Assembly: GCA_965205865.1 (NCBI GenBank)
Contig: CBDBHR010000030.1
Location: 1,184,001 to 1,248,000 of the forward strand
Origin: a bacterium
GTDB lineage: Bacteria; SAR324; NAC60-12
Length of the DNA stretch: 64,000 nt
Reading direction: 5' to 3'
In this document: positions 9,988 to 20,720 of the stretch, in pieces
Layout: every line of letters starts with the position of its first letter
How positions within the stretch are numbered: the first letter of the stretch is position 1
Notes under the pieces: generated by a model
The model's database searches: none
What the model saw: only the letters and a program-made list of their open reading frames with translations
Told to the model about the DNA's origin: nothing
Translations under genes and position numbers: made by a program

Positions 9988-11126
9988 TTATCGCCAGGTT
10001 TCAAAGGGGTCACCTTTTTCTTCCAGGGGAAACGGGACCCGAGCTCCCTTAATGTGAGACACACGGGCCGCTATGGCCATTTCGGTGCCGATGCGGGCGG
10101 CGGGACCCAGACAAAGTTCATATTCCGGGGTTTTTCCATCAATCATGTCTATCATGGCACGGGCCATGCGGTGATGGGCATTGAGCCATTTTTCCGGGCC
10201 AGAGAGGGTATTGTCTACCAGCACCTCCCAGAGATCATCTCCGGGAAGGGTCGGGTGAGGATGAGGGTGGTAATAGATGTCCGGTCCATCCCAGATCGCG
10301 CCAGGGAGAAAGAGAGTACCTTCGGTGCCATGGATTTCGATACCATACAGGGAGGCTCTTCCCCGCTCCTGACCTTGGTTGGAACCCAGGATGGAGACAA
10401 ATTCGACAATGAACCCATCAAATTGGTAGTGTGCCAAAAGTCCATTTCCTGCAGTCCTTTTTACTCCAAAGGCCCCGGTGGTGAGGTCTGCGGGAGTTGC
10501 CGGCCGGCCATCCAGGGTGATGAGTGACTGGCACCAGAGGGGGGTTCCAAAAATTTGACAGATGAAATCGTAGTGATGTGGAAAGAGATCGAACATCCAC
10601 TGGTCCCCGCTAAACACATTCCAATCTCCATATTCAGGAGCCCAAGCCGGACAGGGGCCGTGAATCCGAGCCCATTGCGGGATTCCAATTTTTCCCTTCC
10701 GGATCAGCGGAATTGCCTTTTTTTGAATCTCCGGATGCCCCCGCCAGGGAAGTGCTGTCACCAGCAGAACGCCTGCGTTCTCACACGCCTCCATCATTGC
10801 ATCCACAGCTCCCACGGTGGCGGCGAGTGGTTTTTCGACATAAACATGGGCGCCATGTTCGGCTGCCGCCAACACCATGGGCAGATGAATGTTCAATTCA
10901 TGGGAGCGATCACCACAACGTCCGGTTTTTCGGTCTTCAACATTTCATGATAATCGGCATAGCCTGTGGCGGCTCCCGTGAGTTCCATATATTTTTGGCG
11001 CCCCGCTTCATCCGGGTCGGCCAAAGCAACGATCTCGGCGCCTGCCACGCTCACAAAGGCCTGGTCGAAATGATGCCCATAGCCTCCATTGCCTGTTTCA
11101 CCAATAATTGCTACTCGTTTGCTCAT
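9988..11126 (-). pseudogene. Gfo/Idh/MocA oxidoreductase, frameshifted near 10902 (or a sequencing error)
   Basis: ORFs 10893-11126 and 9988-10896 are colinear with the intact paralog at 16543-17679; one C is missing in a C run; EKP motif present. Confidence 0.85.
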
Positions 11127-11279
11127 GTGTCTTCTCCAGTTGAGTTTGTAAGGATTGTTTAGTCAGGAATGGGGGTGAGCAGCCAGTCCGGTTTTACTAG
11201 ATACTGGTTCCATGTCCCGGAGCGGTCTTCTGAGCCAAGGGTGCCATCCTTGATAAAATCAATGTTTTTTCTATTTCTA

Positions 11280-12218
11280 TCACCTCGCTTTCAGGGTGGT
11301 TTTTTTCACCGAGCCGTAGCCCCCGCTCTTGCCACGCAGACGTGGATCGAGCAGGTCCCTCAGGGCGTCCCCAAAGACATTGGCGCTATACACCACCGCG
11401 GTCAGGCAAAGACCGGGAAACCAGGCCAGTCTCGGGTGTCCTTCCATGAACATGCGGCCTTCCCAACTGAGCATCCGTCCCCAGGAGGGGGTTTGGGGTG
11501 GCAATCCAAAGCCGAGGAAGCTCAATGCCGCTTCTCCCAAGATCATACCTCCGATGCTGGTGGTGAAGATGATGAGGATGGGGGCGGTCACATTGGGCAG
11601 AATATAGCGCAGCAGCGTTCTCCCGGTGGAGCAACCGGCGGCCTTGGCGGATTCGACATAGGGTATCGCTTTGACCGCAATGACTGCGCTGCGCACCACC
11701 CGTGACTGGGTGATGCCGACATAGAGACCCATCAGCAGGATGATCTCCACCAACCCCCTGCCAAAAATCGAGACAAAGGTGACCAAATACAACAATCCCG
11801 GAAAGGCATACCAGGCGTCGACAAAGCGCTGGATCACCATGTCGGCTTTGCCGCCAAAATATCCGGAAAGGCCTCCAACCAGGGAGGCAATCACCACAGC
11901 GACCAGACTGCCGCCAAGGCCTACACTGAGTGAGATGCGGGCTCCGTAGATCAGACGGCTGTAGAAATCCCGGCCATAGCTGTCAGTGCCCAACAGATGT
12001 TCCACCGAGGGCCCTTTCAGTCGTTTGACCAACCGCTGTCTGTTGACATCGTGTGTGGCCAACACTGGGGCAAACAAGGCCACGATGACCATGAAAAGCA
12101 AAATCGTCAGACCGATCGTCCCCAAGAGTTTCTCCCGGAACAGCCGTCTGAAAAAATCCACAACCACCGACCGGGATTTGTGTTCAAAAGTGGCTTCAGA
12201 AGGGTTGAAATCGGTCAT
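11280..12218 (-). CDS. Peptide/nickel ABC transporter permease (DppC/OppC-like)
   Basis: LGTDSYGRD, YVESAKAAG (EAA loop), GDALRDLLDPR. Confidence 0.93.
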   Translation of the reverse strand: MTDFNPSEATFEHKSRSVVVDFFRRLFREKLLGTIGLTILLFMVIVALFAPVLATHDVNRQRLVKRLKGPSVEHLLGTDSYGRDFYSRLIYGARISLSVGLGGSLVAVVIASLVGGLSGYFGGKADMVIQRFVDAWYAFPGLLYLVTFVSIFGRGLVEIILLMGLYVGITQSRVVRSAVIAVKAIPYVESAKAAGCSTGRTLLRYILPNVTAPILIIFTTSIGGMILGEAALSFLGFGLPPQTPSWGRMLSWEGRMFMEGHPRLAWFPGLCLTAVVYSANVFGDALRDLLDPRLRGKSGGYGSVKKTTLKAR

Positions 12219-12246
12219 GTTTTGCCTTCTATTGTGTTTTCATCTA

Positions 12247-12300
12247 TCAGCGGTCAGCGATCAGTCCCCTGAAAGCTGAAAGCTGGTAACTGATACAGCT
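12247..12300. repeat. Inverted short heptamer-type repeats (TCAGC.../...GCTGA) between the permease genes
   Basis: tcagcggtcagcgatcag ... ctgaaagctgaaagctg. Confidence 0.5.
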
Positions 12301-13249
12301 ACCTGTAATGTATTCGTGGATCGAGCCAGGCGTATGCGATGTCCACCAGAAAATTCACCAGCACCAGGAAGGTGCCGACTATCATGTTGATGCCGGACAC
12401 CGCGGGATAATCCCGTGAAAAGATGGAGTCGATCATCAACGTGCCCAGCCCAGGAAGGGCGAAAACGGTCTCGATGATCACCGCCCCTCCTACCATCCAG
12501 GGTATTTGGGTGCCCACGACGGTGATGACCGGGATTAAGGCGTTTTTGAGGGCATGGCGCACGACCACCACCCGCTCCCGCAAACCTTTGGCCCAGGCGG
12601 TGCGGATGTAGTCCTGCCGGAGCACCTCCAGCATCATGGTGCGCATCATCCGCATCGTCATGCCGCTGATCAGCAACCCCAACACCGTGCCGGGTACCAG
12701 GATCATCACCAGATGCCCCAGCGGATCCTCGGACCAGCGGATCATGGTCACCGAGGGAGCCCAGCCAAACCACAGGACAGGGTAGATCATCACGAGGATG
12801 GCGATAAAGAACTCGGGTGTGGAAATGAAAAGGATGGAGATGCTGCGGGTAATATAATCGCCGGCGGTGTCCTGCCGCAAGGCGGAATAGATTCCGATGG
12901 GCAACCCAAAGAGGAGGGAAACCAGCAAGGCGACAAAACCGAGTTCCAGGGTCGGGATGCTGCGCGGGAAGATTTTTTCAGTCACCGGCCTCTGGTTATC
13001 CAGGGAGCGCCCAAAATCGGCATGAAGCAAAATGCCGCGTATCCAGCGGATATATTGTACATGGATCGGCACATCCACCCCCAGCTGACGCGCAATCTGC
13101 TCCCGATCAAACCCCGCGGTGCGATACTTGCTCAACATGATGGAAACGATATCCCCTGGGAGAAAACGCACGGCAATAAAGACGATGGTGCTGAAAAAGA
13201 AGAGGGTGGGGATGAGGAGCAGCAATCGCCTGATGATATATCCACGCAT
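12299..13249 (-). CDS. Peptide/nickel ABC transporter permease (DppB/OppB-like)
   Basis: YIRTAWAKGL...HALKNAL, DIAYAWLDPRI. Confidence 0.93.
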   Translation of the reverse strand: MRGYIIRRLLLLIPTLFFFSTIVFIAVRFLPGDIVSIMLSKYRTAGFDREQIARQLGVDVPIHVQYIRWIRGILLHADFGRSLDNQRPVTEKIFPRSIPTLELGFVALLVSLLFGLPIGIYSALRQDTAGDYITRSISILFISTPEFFIAILVMIYPVLWFGWAPSVTMIRWSEDPLGHLVMILVPGTVLGLLISGMTMRMMRTMMLEVLRQDYIRTAWAKGLRERVVVVRHALKNALIPVITVVGTQIPWMVGGAVIIETVFALPGLGTLMIDSIFSRDYPAVSGINMIVGTFLVLVNFLVDIAYAWLDPRIHYR

Positions 13250-13328
13250 TGGGTTCCTCTTACTTGAAATGGGCGTAGGCGCCTACGTTGAGATTAAGCC
13301 GCGACATCTTTTCTTTCCGCTTTAAAAA

Positions 13329-13366
13329 TTCCCACGCTCCATCCGCATACGGGTAGAGCGTGGGAA
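13329..13366. repeat. REP-like palindrome after the SBP gene
   Basis: TTCCCACGCTC ... GAGCGTGGGAA. Confidence 0.6.
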
Positions 13367-13388
13367 CGAGGTCAAATGAAACAAAGAG

Positions 13389-15119
13389 CTAGAAGCCCAT
13401 TTCCTTTTTGAGGTCTTGATCAATCCAGATGCGGGCATACACGGGGCCTTCTCGCATCAATCCCAGGAGGATTTCACCATCAAAACCGCCAATGTAAGGA
13501 TGCCAGACTTGAAAATTCGCATGGGGCAGCAGCGACACTTGATAATGCTGTTCGGTCCAACGCCGGGTGACCGCCTTCATGGCTTTGACAAAGTCCTCAT
13601 GAGTCTTGGCGTTGATTGCGGCGTCCATCAAAATTTCCATGGTGGGATCTTTCAATAAGTTATAGATGCAACAGGAGGTGGTTCTGGGATCGAATTGCAG
13701 CGTTGCCCACAAGAGCGGGTCAATATTCACTGCGGCCCAACCGTAGTGGAGTTCATAACCTGCACGGGTTTCGGAGATCATCGTCCAAAAATCCCCCCAC
13801 TCCATCTCGATGATCTCGGCCTCAATGCCAATCTCGCGAAGATAGCCCGTAGCGATCTGGACGATGTTCCAATCCTGTTCCTGCCGCGCGGCATGGATGG
13901 TGGTCTTGAATCCGTTGGGGTAGCCCGCATCGGCCAGGAGCCGCTTGGCTCCTTCCGGGTTGTACTCATAAGCTTCCCGGATATGCTTCGGCATCTCACT
14001 CAAGGGAGTAAAAAATTCCGCAGCTGATTCTCCCAGGGCCGGATAGATGATAGGAGGCACATGCCCCTGGTAATATTCCGAGGACATCTCCTCGTAATTC
14101 ATGGCCATCTGCATCGCTTTACGGACCCTTTGGTCGGCCCAGGGATGGTTCGGATCGTCAAACAAATACCCGATTGCCCAGGATTCCAAAACCCAGCTCT
14201 TCACCTGAATGTCCGGGTGGGTCTTTTTGAGCAGATTAAATTCCTCAATGTTGAGCGCAGCGATGTTGCCTTTGCCAATATGGTCGACCTGACCGGTGCG
14301 AATCGCAGCCATGCGGGTGGCTGTCTCTTTGATGATCAGCCAGCGGACTTGATCCAAAAAGGGCAGCTTGTACTGTGGATCCAATTCATAGCTTCCCCAG
14401 TAGTCCGGATTTTTCTCCCAGGTGACCGAACTGCCTTCTTGATAATCTTTGAGCATCCAGGCCCCTGTGCCGACTTGTTCTTTCCAATCGGTCAAGTCAC
14501 CATGTTCTTTCGGGAAGATTTTGTCCGCATTAGACTGCGTGAGAAAAGTATTTTCGAGATGGATGCTGGGCTTATGCTTGATGACCACCGTATACTCATC
14601 TCTGGCCTCAACAGATTTGATACCATAGGGATCCCACGTTTGTCCTCCCTTGGAAGCTTCCGTAAAACCCGACCCTAGCCCCAGGAGCCGGTGAAAGGAG
14701 TAGACGACGTCCTTCGCCGTCATTTCTCTTCCATTGGTCGGGGGTCTGTTATGAAAGTGAATCCCTTTGCGCAGGTAAAACACCATGGTTTCAGGATCTT
14801 CTATTTCATAACGTTCGGCCACCCAAGTGGTACCGCACGCCTTGACCGAATAGTCTATCGTCCAGGGACACTGATCGCGGGGTTTGCTCCAGTCGCCAAA
14901 ACCGAGTTGCTCATAGACATAGCTGGGTTGCGGGTTTAAATCAATGTGCGGATCCCAACTGGTGATGGTATGGCCCACCGTGGTGAACGTCCCTCCATAT
15001 TGAGGAGTCTTTGTGGCCATCTTCTGGCCCAAAGTGAAAGTGGGGAAGATCAACAGGATCACCCCCAATGCAATGAAACCATAAATTCGTTTGAACATGA
15101 AATTTTTCAGTACAGACAT
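13389..15119 (-). CDS. ABC transporter substrate-binding protein, family 5
   Basis: Signal peptide, PQYGG, LRKGIHFH, TAKDVVYSF, VGTGAW, DQRVRKAM. Confidence 0.92.
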   Translation of the reverse strand: MSVLKNFMFKRIYGFIALGVILLIFPTFTLGQKMATKTPQYGGTFTTVGHTITSWDPHIDLNPQPSYVYEQLGFGDWSKPRDQCPWTIDYSVKACGTTWVAERYEIEDPETMVFYLRKGIHFHNRPPTNGREMTAKDVVYSFHRLLGLGSGFTEASKGGQTWDPYGIKSVEARDEYTVVIKHKPSIHLENTFLTQSNADKIFPKEHGDLTDWKEQVGTGAWMLKDYQEGSSVTWEKNPDYWGSYELDPQYKLPFLDQVRWLIIKETATRMAAIRTGQVDHIGKGNIAALNIEEFNLLKKTHPDIQVKSWVLESWAIGYLFDDPNHPWADQRVRKAMQMAMNYEEMSSEYYQGHVPPIIYPALGESAAEFFTPLSEMPKHIREAYEYNPEGAKRLLADAGYPNGFKTTIHAARQEQDWNIVQIATGYLREIGIEAEIIEMEWGDFWTMISETRAGYELHYGWAAVNIDPLLWATLQFDPRTTSCCIYNLLKDPTMEILMDAAINAKTHEDFVKAMKAVTRRWTEQHYQVSLLPHANFQVWHPYIGGFDGEILLGLMREGPVYARIWIDQDLKKEMGF

Positions 15120-15171
15120 AGCTTACTCCTTAATGTAATAAATTATTAGATACTCCTCGTCCTTCAGCAAT

Positions 15172-15376
15172 GAAGAATTCGGCAAAATCAAGAATTAAAA
15201 ATTCCCAAAAACCTTCCCCTTTTCTCTGGGGAACGGAGATAAATTACCTCAACTAAAAGGTGGGCTTCAAGAAAAAAAGAAGAATTCGGCAAAATCAAGA
15301 ATTAAAAATTCCCAAAAACCTTCCCCCTTTTCTCTGGGGAACGGGGATAAAGTACCCCAACTAAAGAGAGATGTCA
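15172..15376 (-). repeat. Two tandem ~86-bp units (period 107), each with a promoter-like start and a structured leader
   Basis: 15172-15257 is nearly identical to 15279-15365. Minus strand reads TTGACA-17-TACTTT and TTGAAG-18-TAATTT. Confidence 0.85.
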
Positions 15377-15543
15377 AAAAAAAAAAGAGGGAATTGGGAT
15401 TGACTATTTTCTTTGATGATTTTATAAAAAAAATTGAATGGGACACCGCCCATCCCCCTTGAAGGAGTTGGGGGCCGTCTCACTCAAAGATTTCAACATA
15501 TTCTAGTAAAAGTCAGCAGATACAACCATACAAGGAGAAAACA

Positions 15544-16395
15544 ATGACAGAAAACACAGGGAGACTGGCCGGAAAAGTCGCAATTGTCACAGGTGGTAAT
15601 AGTGGCATGGGGGCTGGTACCGTAGAATTATTTGTGAAAGAAGGCGCCCGTGTGGCAATTGCGGCCCGGGGAGAGGAAGCCGGACTATCCCTGGCGCATC
15701 GGCTTGGGGATAATGCGATATTTCATCGCACCGATGTCTCTGATGAAACGAGTGTGAAATCGCTGGTCGAAGTAACCATGGCCAAGTGGGGAAGGGTGGA
15801 TGCGCTGTTCAACAATGCTGGGATTGGGCAGAAACACGTCCCGGTGGAAGAATTCACGATGGAGGATTTCGAGACGCTCTTTAAAATCAATCTAGCCTCT
15901 TGTTACCTCGGCATCAAATACGCTGCACCAATTATGAAACAGCAAGGCAGGGGCAGCATTATCAACAACGGCAGCACCGCCGGGGTTACCACCGATGGTT
16001 CGGGCCCCCTCTATAGCGGTACCAAAGCCGCAGTGATCCATATGACAAAGGTCTGGGCGGTCGAATTAGCCGAACATGGTATCCGGGTCAATTGCATTTC
16101 TCCGGGGGCGGTCGTCACCCCGATCTTTTGGGGCGGGCATCATACTCAATCTGATGAAGAAAACGCCACTCGGGCGCAACGGCTTACCAAATTTTTTGAT
16201 GAGAATGTAGGGCTCAAACGAGCAGGCACCCCGGAAGACATTGCCTACGCCGCCTTGTATTTAGCCAGTGATGAGAGCCTTCACACCACAGGTCTCAATT
16301 TGCGTGTGGATTCCGGATTGACGTGCCACAATCGCCCCTGGCAAGACCTTATGGAACGTAGGCGAAGGATTGCTCAACAAATCGAAGAGGAGTAA
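15544..16395 (+). CDS. Short-chain dehydrogenase/reductase
   Basis: TGGNSGMG, NNAG, YSGTK, VNCISPG. Confidence 0.95.
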   Translation: MTENTGRLAGKVAIVTGGNSGMGAGTVELFVKEGARVAIAARGEEAGLSLAHRLGDNAIFHRTDVSDETSVKSLVEVTMAKWGRVDALFNNAGIGQKHVPVEEFTMEDFETLFKINLASCYLGIKYAAPIMKQQGRGSIINNGSTAGVTTDGSGPLYSGTKAAVIHMTKVWAVELAEHGIRVNCISPGAVVTPIFWGGHHTQSDEENATRAQRLTKFFDENVGLKRAGTPEDIAYAALYLASDESLHTTGLNLRVDSGLTCHNRPWQDLMERRRRIAQQIEEE

Positions 16396-16542
16396 TCAGA
16401 GAAAATCTAAATGTCCCTCTTTAGCAAACTTGACAATGGACACATCTCATATTCTCTTGAATTGACAGAGATCTTTCTTCTTTGTCAAACGGGGGAGTAT
16501 TTCCTTCAGACAACTTAAAAAATCATTAAAAAAGGAGAATAA

Positions 16543-17679
16543 ATGACTAAGCGTATTGCTATTATCGGAGATACCCACAATGGAGGCTATGGTCATAATA
16601 ATGATCTGGCCTTTGTCGGCGTGGAGGGCTCGGAAATCGTCGCCTTGGCCGATCCGGATGAGTCGGGGCGAAAAAAATACATGGAACGTACAGGAGCAGC
16701 TAAAGGATATGCCGATTACGCGGAGATGTTGAAGATCGAGAAACCGGATATTGCGGTGATCACACCGCATGAATTGAACAACCACCTGCCGATGGTATTG
16801 GCTGCTACGGAGAATGGGGCCCATTCCTATGTGGAAAAACCTCTCGCTGCCACCGTAGATGCGGTGGATGAGATGATCGAGGCGTGTGAAAAAGCCGGGG
16901 TTTTGCTGGTGACCGCTCTTCCCTGGCGGGGACATCCGGAGATTCAAAAAAAGGCCATTCCGCTAATCAAGGAAGGAAAAATCGGAGACCCACAATGGGC
17001 ACGGATTCACGGCAACTGTCCAAGCTGGGCTCCTGAGTATGGACATTGGGATGCGTATGGCGGGGATCAGTGGATGATCGATCTCTATCCCCATCACTTC
17101 AATTTCATCTGTCAAATTTTTGGCAAACCCCTCTGGTGTCAGTCATTCCTCACCCAGGGGGGCCGGCCGGCCACTCCCACTGACCTCACTACGGGTGCAT
17201 TTGGAGTCAAAAAAACTGCGGGAGATGGGATTTTAGCCCACTACCAATTTGAAAGCGCCATTGTTGAATTTATCGCTATCCTGGGCAGCAACCGTGGTCT
17301 GGAGCGAGGAAATTCTACCCTGTATGGTGTCGAAATCCACGGCACCGAAGGCACCTTCTTTCTTCCAGGCGCGATTGTTGATGGCCCCGATGTATTTTAT
17401 CATCCCCATCCCCACCCCACTCTGCCTGGTGATGATCTCTGGGAAGTGTTGGTGAACAATTCCATGTCGGGTACGGAAAAATGGATCAATTCCCATCACA
17501 ACATGGCCCGTGCGATGATTGACCTGATTGATGGAAAAACCCCAGAATACGAACTCTGTTTTGGGCCTTCCGCCCGCGTTGACACCGAAATGGCCATGGC
17601 CGCCCGTTTGTTTCACATCAAAGGCGCCCGAATACACTTTCCCCTGAAGGAAACTGGTGATCCTTTTGATAGTTGGTAA
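16543..17679 (+). CDS. Gfo/Idh/MocA-family oxidoreductase
   Basis: Rossmann N-terminus, VEKPLA motif, AGGAG RBS. Confidence 0.92.
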   Translation: MTKRIAIIGDTHNGGYGHNNDLAFVGVEGSEIVALADPDESGRKKYMERTGAAKGYADYAEMLKIEKPDIAVITPHELNNHLPMVLAATENGAHSYVEKPLAATVDAVDEMIEACEKAGVLLVTALPWRGHPEIQKKAIPLIKEGKIGDPQWARIHGNCPSWAPEYGHWDAYGGDQWMIDLYPHHFNFICQIFGKPLWCQSFLTQGGRPATPTDLTTGAFGVKKTAGDGILAHYQFESAIVEFIAILGSNRGLERGNSTLYGVEIHGTEGTFFLPGAIVDGPDVFYHPHPHPTLPGDDLWEVLVNNSMSGTEKWINSHHNMARAMIDLIDGKTPEYELCFGPSARVDTEMAMAARLFHIKGARIHFPLKETGDPFDSW

Positions 17680-17848
17680 CAGATAAGGGGTTAAGTCTTG
17701 ACCCCTTCAGACCCCGTCATGATATGAAAAAAAGTGGTCTTTCTGGAAAAAGAGAATTTTACCCTGAAAGCCACTGATTCATCCTGTGCTTAATTCCAGG
17801 CGTCAATTTTTTGGATAAACAAATAATGAACCATTAAAAGGAATATAT

Positions 17849-18799
17849 ATGAAAATCGTGATTGATATAGCGTTGGAAGCAGATCTTCGTGAACTGATTC
17901 AAGAAGCCGCCGCTGACAATGACGTTCTCTTTTTAAAGGATAAGAAGGAACTGATCCCGGAAAGCAAAGCAGTAGAAATTTATTATGGATTCTGTCACGA
18001 AGAAATCTTTCCACATCTTGTCGACTTGAAGTGGATTCAGTCCCACGGCGCAGGCGTGGAGCAACAACTGTTTCCGGCATTGCGGGAGAGCCATGTCGTC
18101 ATCACCAATGCGGCTGGTATGTACGGGACCCAGGTTGCGGATCAGGGATTTGCGCTTTTACTCGCTTTGACACGTAAACTTCACTATTCCACCCGATTCC
18201 AGGACAAACGCCAATGGCAGTTGAACCTCCTCAGCAAATCGGTGATCGAAATCGGCGGGATGACCATCGGCATTATAGGCATGGGGGGTATCGGACGGCA
18301 CATGGCCAGGCGAGCCAGGGGCTTCGAAATGATTGTCATCGCCGTAGACCCTTACCTTAGAGAGAAGCCGGAACATTGCGATGAATTAGTTGGAATGGAT
18401 CAATTGCCTGAAATCATCAGTCGAGTTGACGTGATCATGATCGCCTGTCCGCTGACCGATGAAACGCGTGGATTGATCAATGCGGAAATGTTGGCGTTGA
18501 TGAAACCAACGGCCTATCTCATCAATGTCGCGCGCGGACCGATTCATGACGAGTCCGCCTTGATCGAAGTCCTCAATCAGCATAAAATCACGGGTGCGGG
18601 TTTGGATGTGACAGCCGTCGAACCGCTCCCGCAAGATAGTCCGTTGTGGGACATGGACAATGTCATCATCAGCCCTCACGTGGGAGGATATTCCCAACAC
18701 CGTCCTCGCCGCACCGTCGAGTTATTCTGCGAAAATTTGAACCGGTATCTGAAAGGGGACTCTTTAAAAAACGTCGTGAACAAAGAGTTGGGGTTTTAG
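17849..18799 (+). CDS. D-2-hydroxyacid dehydrogenase
   Basis: GMGGIG, INVARG, LDV..EP, SPHVGG. Confidence 0.93.
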   Translation: MKIVIDIALEADLRELIQEAAADNDVLFLKDKKELIPESKAVEIYYGFCHEEIFPHLVDLKWIQSHGAGVEQQLFPALRESHVVITNAAGMYGTQVADQGFALLLALTRKLHYSTRFQDKRQWQLNLLSKSVIEIGGMTIGIIGMGGIGRHMARRARGFEMIVIAVDPYLREKPEHCDELVGMDQLPEIISRVDVIMIACPLTDETRGLINAEMLALMKPTAYLINVARGPIHDESALIEVLNQHKITGAGLDVTAVEPLPQDSPLWDMDNVIISPHVGGYSQHRPRRTVELFCENLNRYLKGDSLKNVVNKELGF

Positions 18800-18898
18800 A
18801 GGGGTGAAGGAGATATCCCGGGTGAAAGGGGTCCAAGTTCCCTCGGGCTGTTCAGGAGGAAGGTTGGGGGTCCAGCCCTGAGGAGATAAAAAATTTCC

Positions 18899-20368
18899 AT
18901 GATGCGAACAATCGCAATCCATAGAAAAGGTAGATTGGGAGTTCGGCCCCGAAGAAACAATCGGTTCGTAGGTTTTTTCGGAGTGGCTCTTGTACTGGCA
19001 GGGTGCGTTAATGTACAGCCTGAAGGTTCCCACAGGCCGCAGAGGGAGTGGGAAATGCCGCAAGTTCCCATCACGGTGGAGTCGAAACCTCTCAGGGTGG
19101 ATACTCGTCCCTGCACCGGTTCATTTATTCCTCGTTATTTGTCTCATGACACCCTCGCAACTTCCGGCCTGTATGGCTATGTAAAAAGCATCACCCGTGG
19201 AATGTCCGGTCGCATTGGATTTTATCTGAGCAATGGGGCAGGTGTGGCATTGGCAGACCTGGACAACGATGGTTTCATCGATATAGTCTTACCGGGGTTG
19301 CATGCGCCGACCAGCATTTACTGGAACCTGGGGGGGATGAAATTTCGATACGAGCAGCTGGACGCAAAATTCGCACGGGCGGTCAACGTGGTCGATGTGG
19401 ATGGCGATGGTTTGCCAGACTTGGTATTCACTCATGTGGCAGGCCCGCCCTCGTTGTGGCGTGCTGGTGCCGGAGCATCAGGACCGGCATATACGCGTCT
19501 TTCAGATGATGAATTCCGCGGCGCCTTCAATCTCTATGCGATCGCTTGGGCGGATTTGGATGAGGATGGAGATCTCGATATGGTAGGGGCTTCCTATGAT
19601 TCGGAACTCAATCAACAAGGTCGCGGTTCAGGTGGGGTGTTCCTCTACATGAATGACGGTGGTGTTCTCACGCCTTTCCGTCTTTCCACCAATGCCACTG
19701 CCCTTGCTCTGATCCTCACTGATCTCAATGGGGATAGACGTCGCGACATCCTGGTAGGCAACGACTTCCATCCGGCTGATGAAGTGCTTTTCAACACGCC
19801 CGAAGGCTGGATCAATGCGACTCCCTTCACCAGCACCACCACCAATACGATGAGCTTTGCGGAAGGAGACATCGATAACGATGGGATCCCGGAACTGCTG
19901 GCTACCGATATGAAGCCCTACCGTCAGGATGAAGCCATTGCGCATGCTTGGGCTCCGATGCTGGAAAACGAGCAAGGTTTGGAACCGGGGGACGGGGTGC
20001 AAATCGTGGCCAATGTTCTACAATCTCGTGAGCAGGGAGGCTTGGAATTTGTGGATCGTGCTGAAGAAGTCGGCGTGGACGCCACCGGTTGGAGTTGGTC
20101 GGCCCAATTTGGAGATCTGGACAACGATGGATTCCTCGACCTCTATGTCGTCAATGGCATGATTGCCATCCAACTTTTTGAGCATTTACCCGGTGACGAG
20201 TTGGTAGAAGAGAACCAAGCCCTGCGCAACGACGGAACCGGTCATTTCGTACCAGCTCTAGTTAAATATCATTTAAAAAAGATTCCCGGAGAGGATCGAT
20301 CGTTTTCAAGTCCTCCCACGATATTGTTCAATCGATCGGGAACCCTCTCGTTCATTAAAACAACTTAG
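18899..20368 (+). pseudogene. FG-GAP/VCBS repeat (CRTAC1-like) lipoprotein, truncated at about 20258
   Basis: Repeated DxDxDGxxD motifs and lipobox-like LAGC. Homology breaks after NDGTGHFVP where AT-rich repeat DNA begins. Start uncertain. Confidence 0.75.
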
Positions 20369-20720
20369 CAAAGGCATCATTCTATTACACAAAAACCCAA
20401 TGTCAACCCCCCAAGGCAAAATAAATGCGGGATTCGCAAAAAAAATAAAAAATCAATAAATCTGCTCAAATCCGGGGACAGTCAGAAGCCGTTCAGTTCA
20501 ATAACGTTGAAAAAAGATTCCCGAGGAGTATCCATCACTTCACTTCCTCCCGCACTTATTTTGAATCGAACGGGCGGGAACCCTCCCAAGATTTTGTTCA
20601 ATCGATCAAGCGGGAACCCTTTTCTTCCCTAAAACAACAAGGCATGATTTTAGTACAACAACTAACAACGCAGCTTCAAGCCCCCAAAAAAAAAATAAGC
20701 GGAGTCCGCGAAAAAAATAA
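20270..20720 (-). repeat. Two tandem copies of a structured cassette also found at 36.7-37.0 kb (candidate sRNA/attenuator)
   Basis: Shared GAGGGTTCCCG..GATCGATTGAACAA..GGGAGG..CGGGAATCTTTTTT. TTGACA-16-TAGAAT at 20406-20379. Confidence 0.75.

Noticed and set aside
17687-17715. GGGGTTAAGTCTTGACCCC hairpin as another Y1-element end (also GGCGTCAGGCTTT on the minus strand at 8763-8775)
   Set aside because: Too short and degenerate to separate from a terminator or a chance match.
20270-20720. CRISPR array
   Set aside because: Only 1-2 diverged modules per cassette, no constant repeat-spacer period, and no cas genes in the window.
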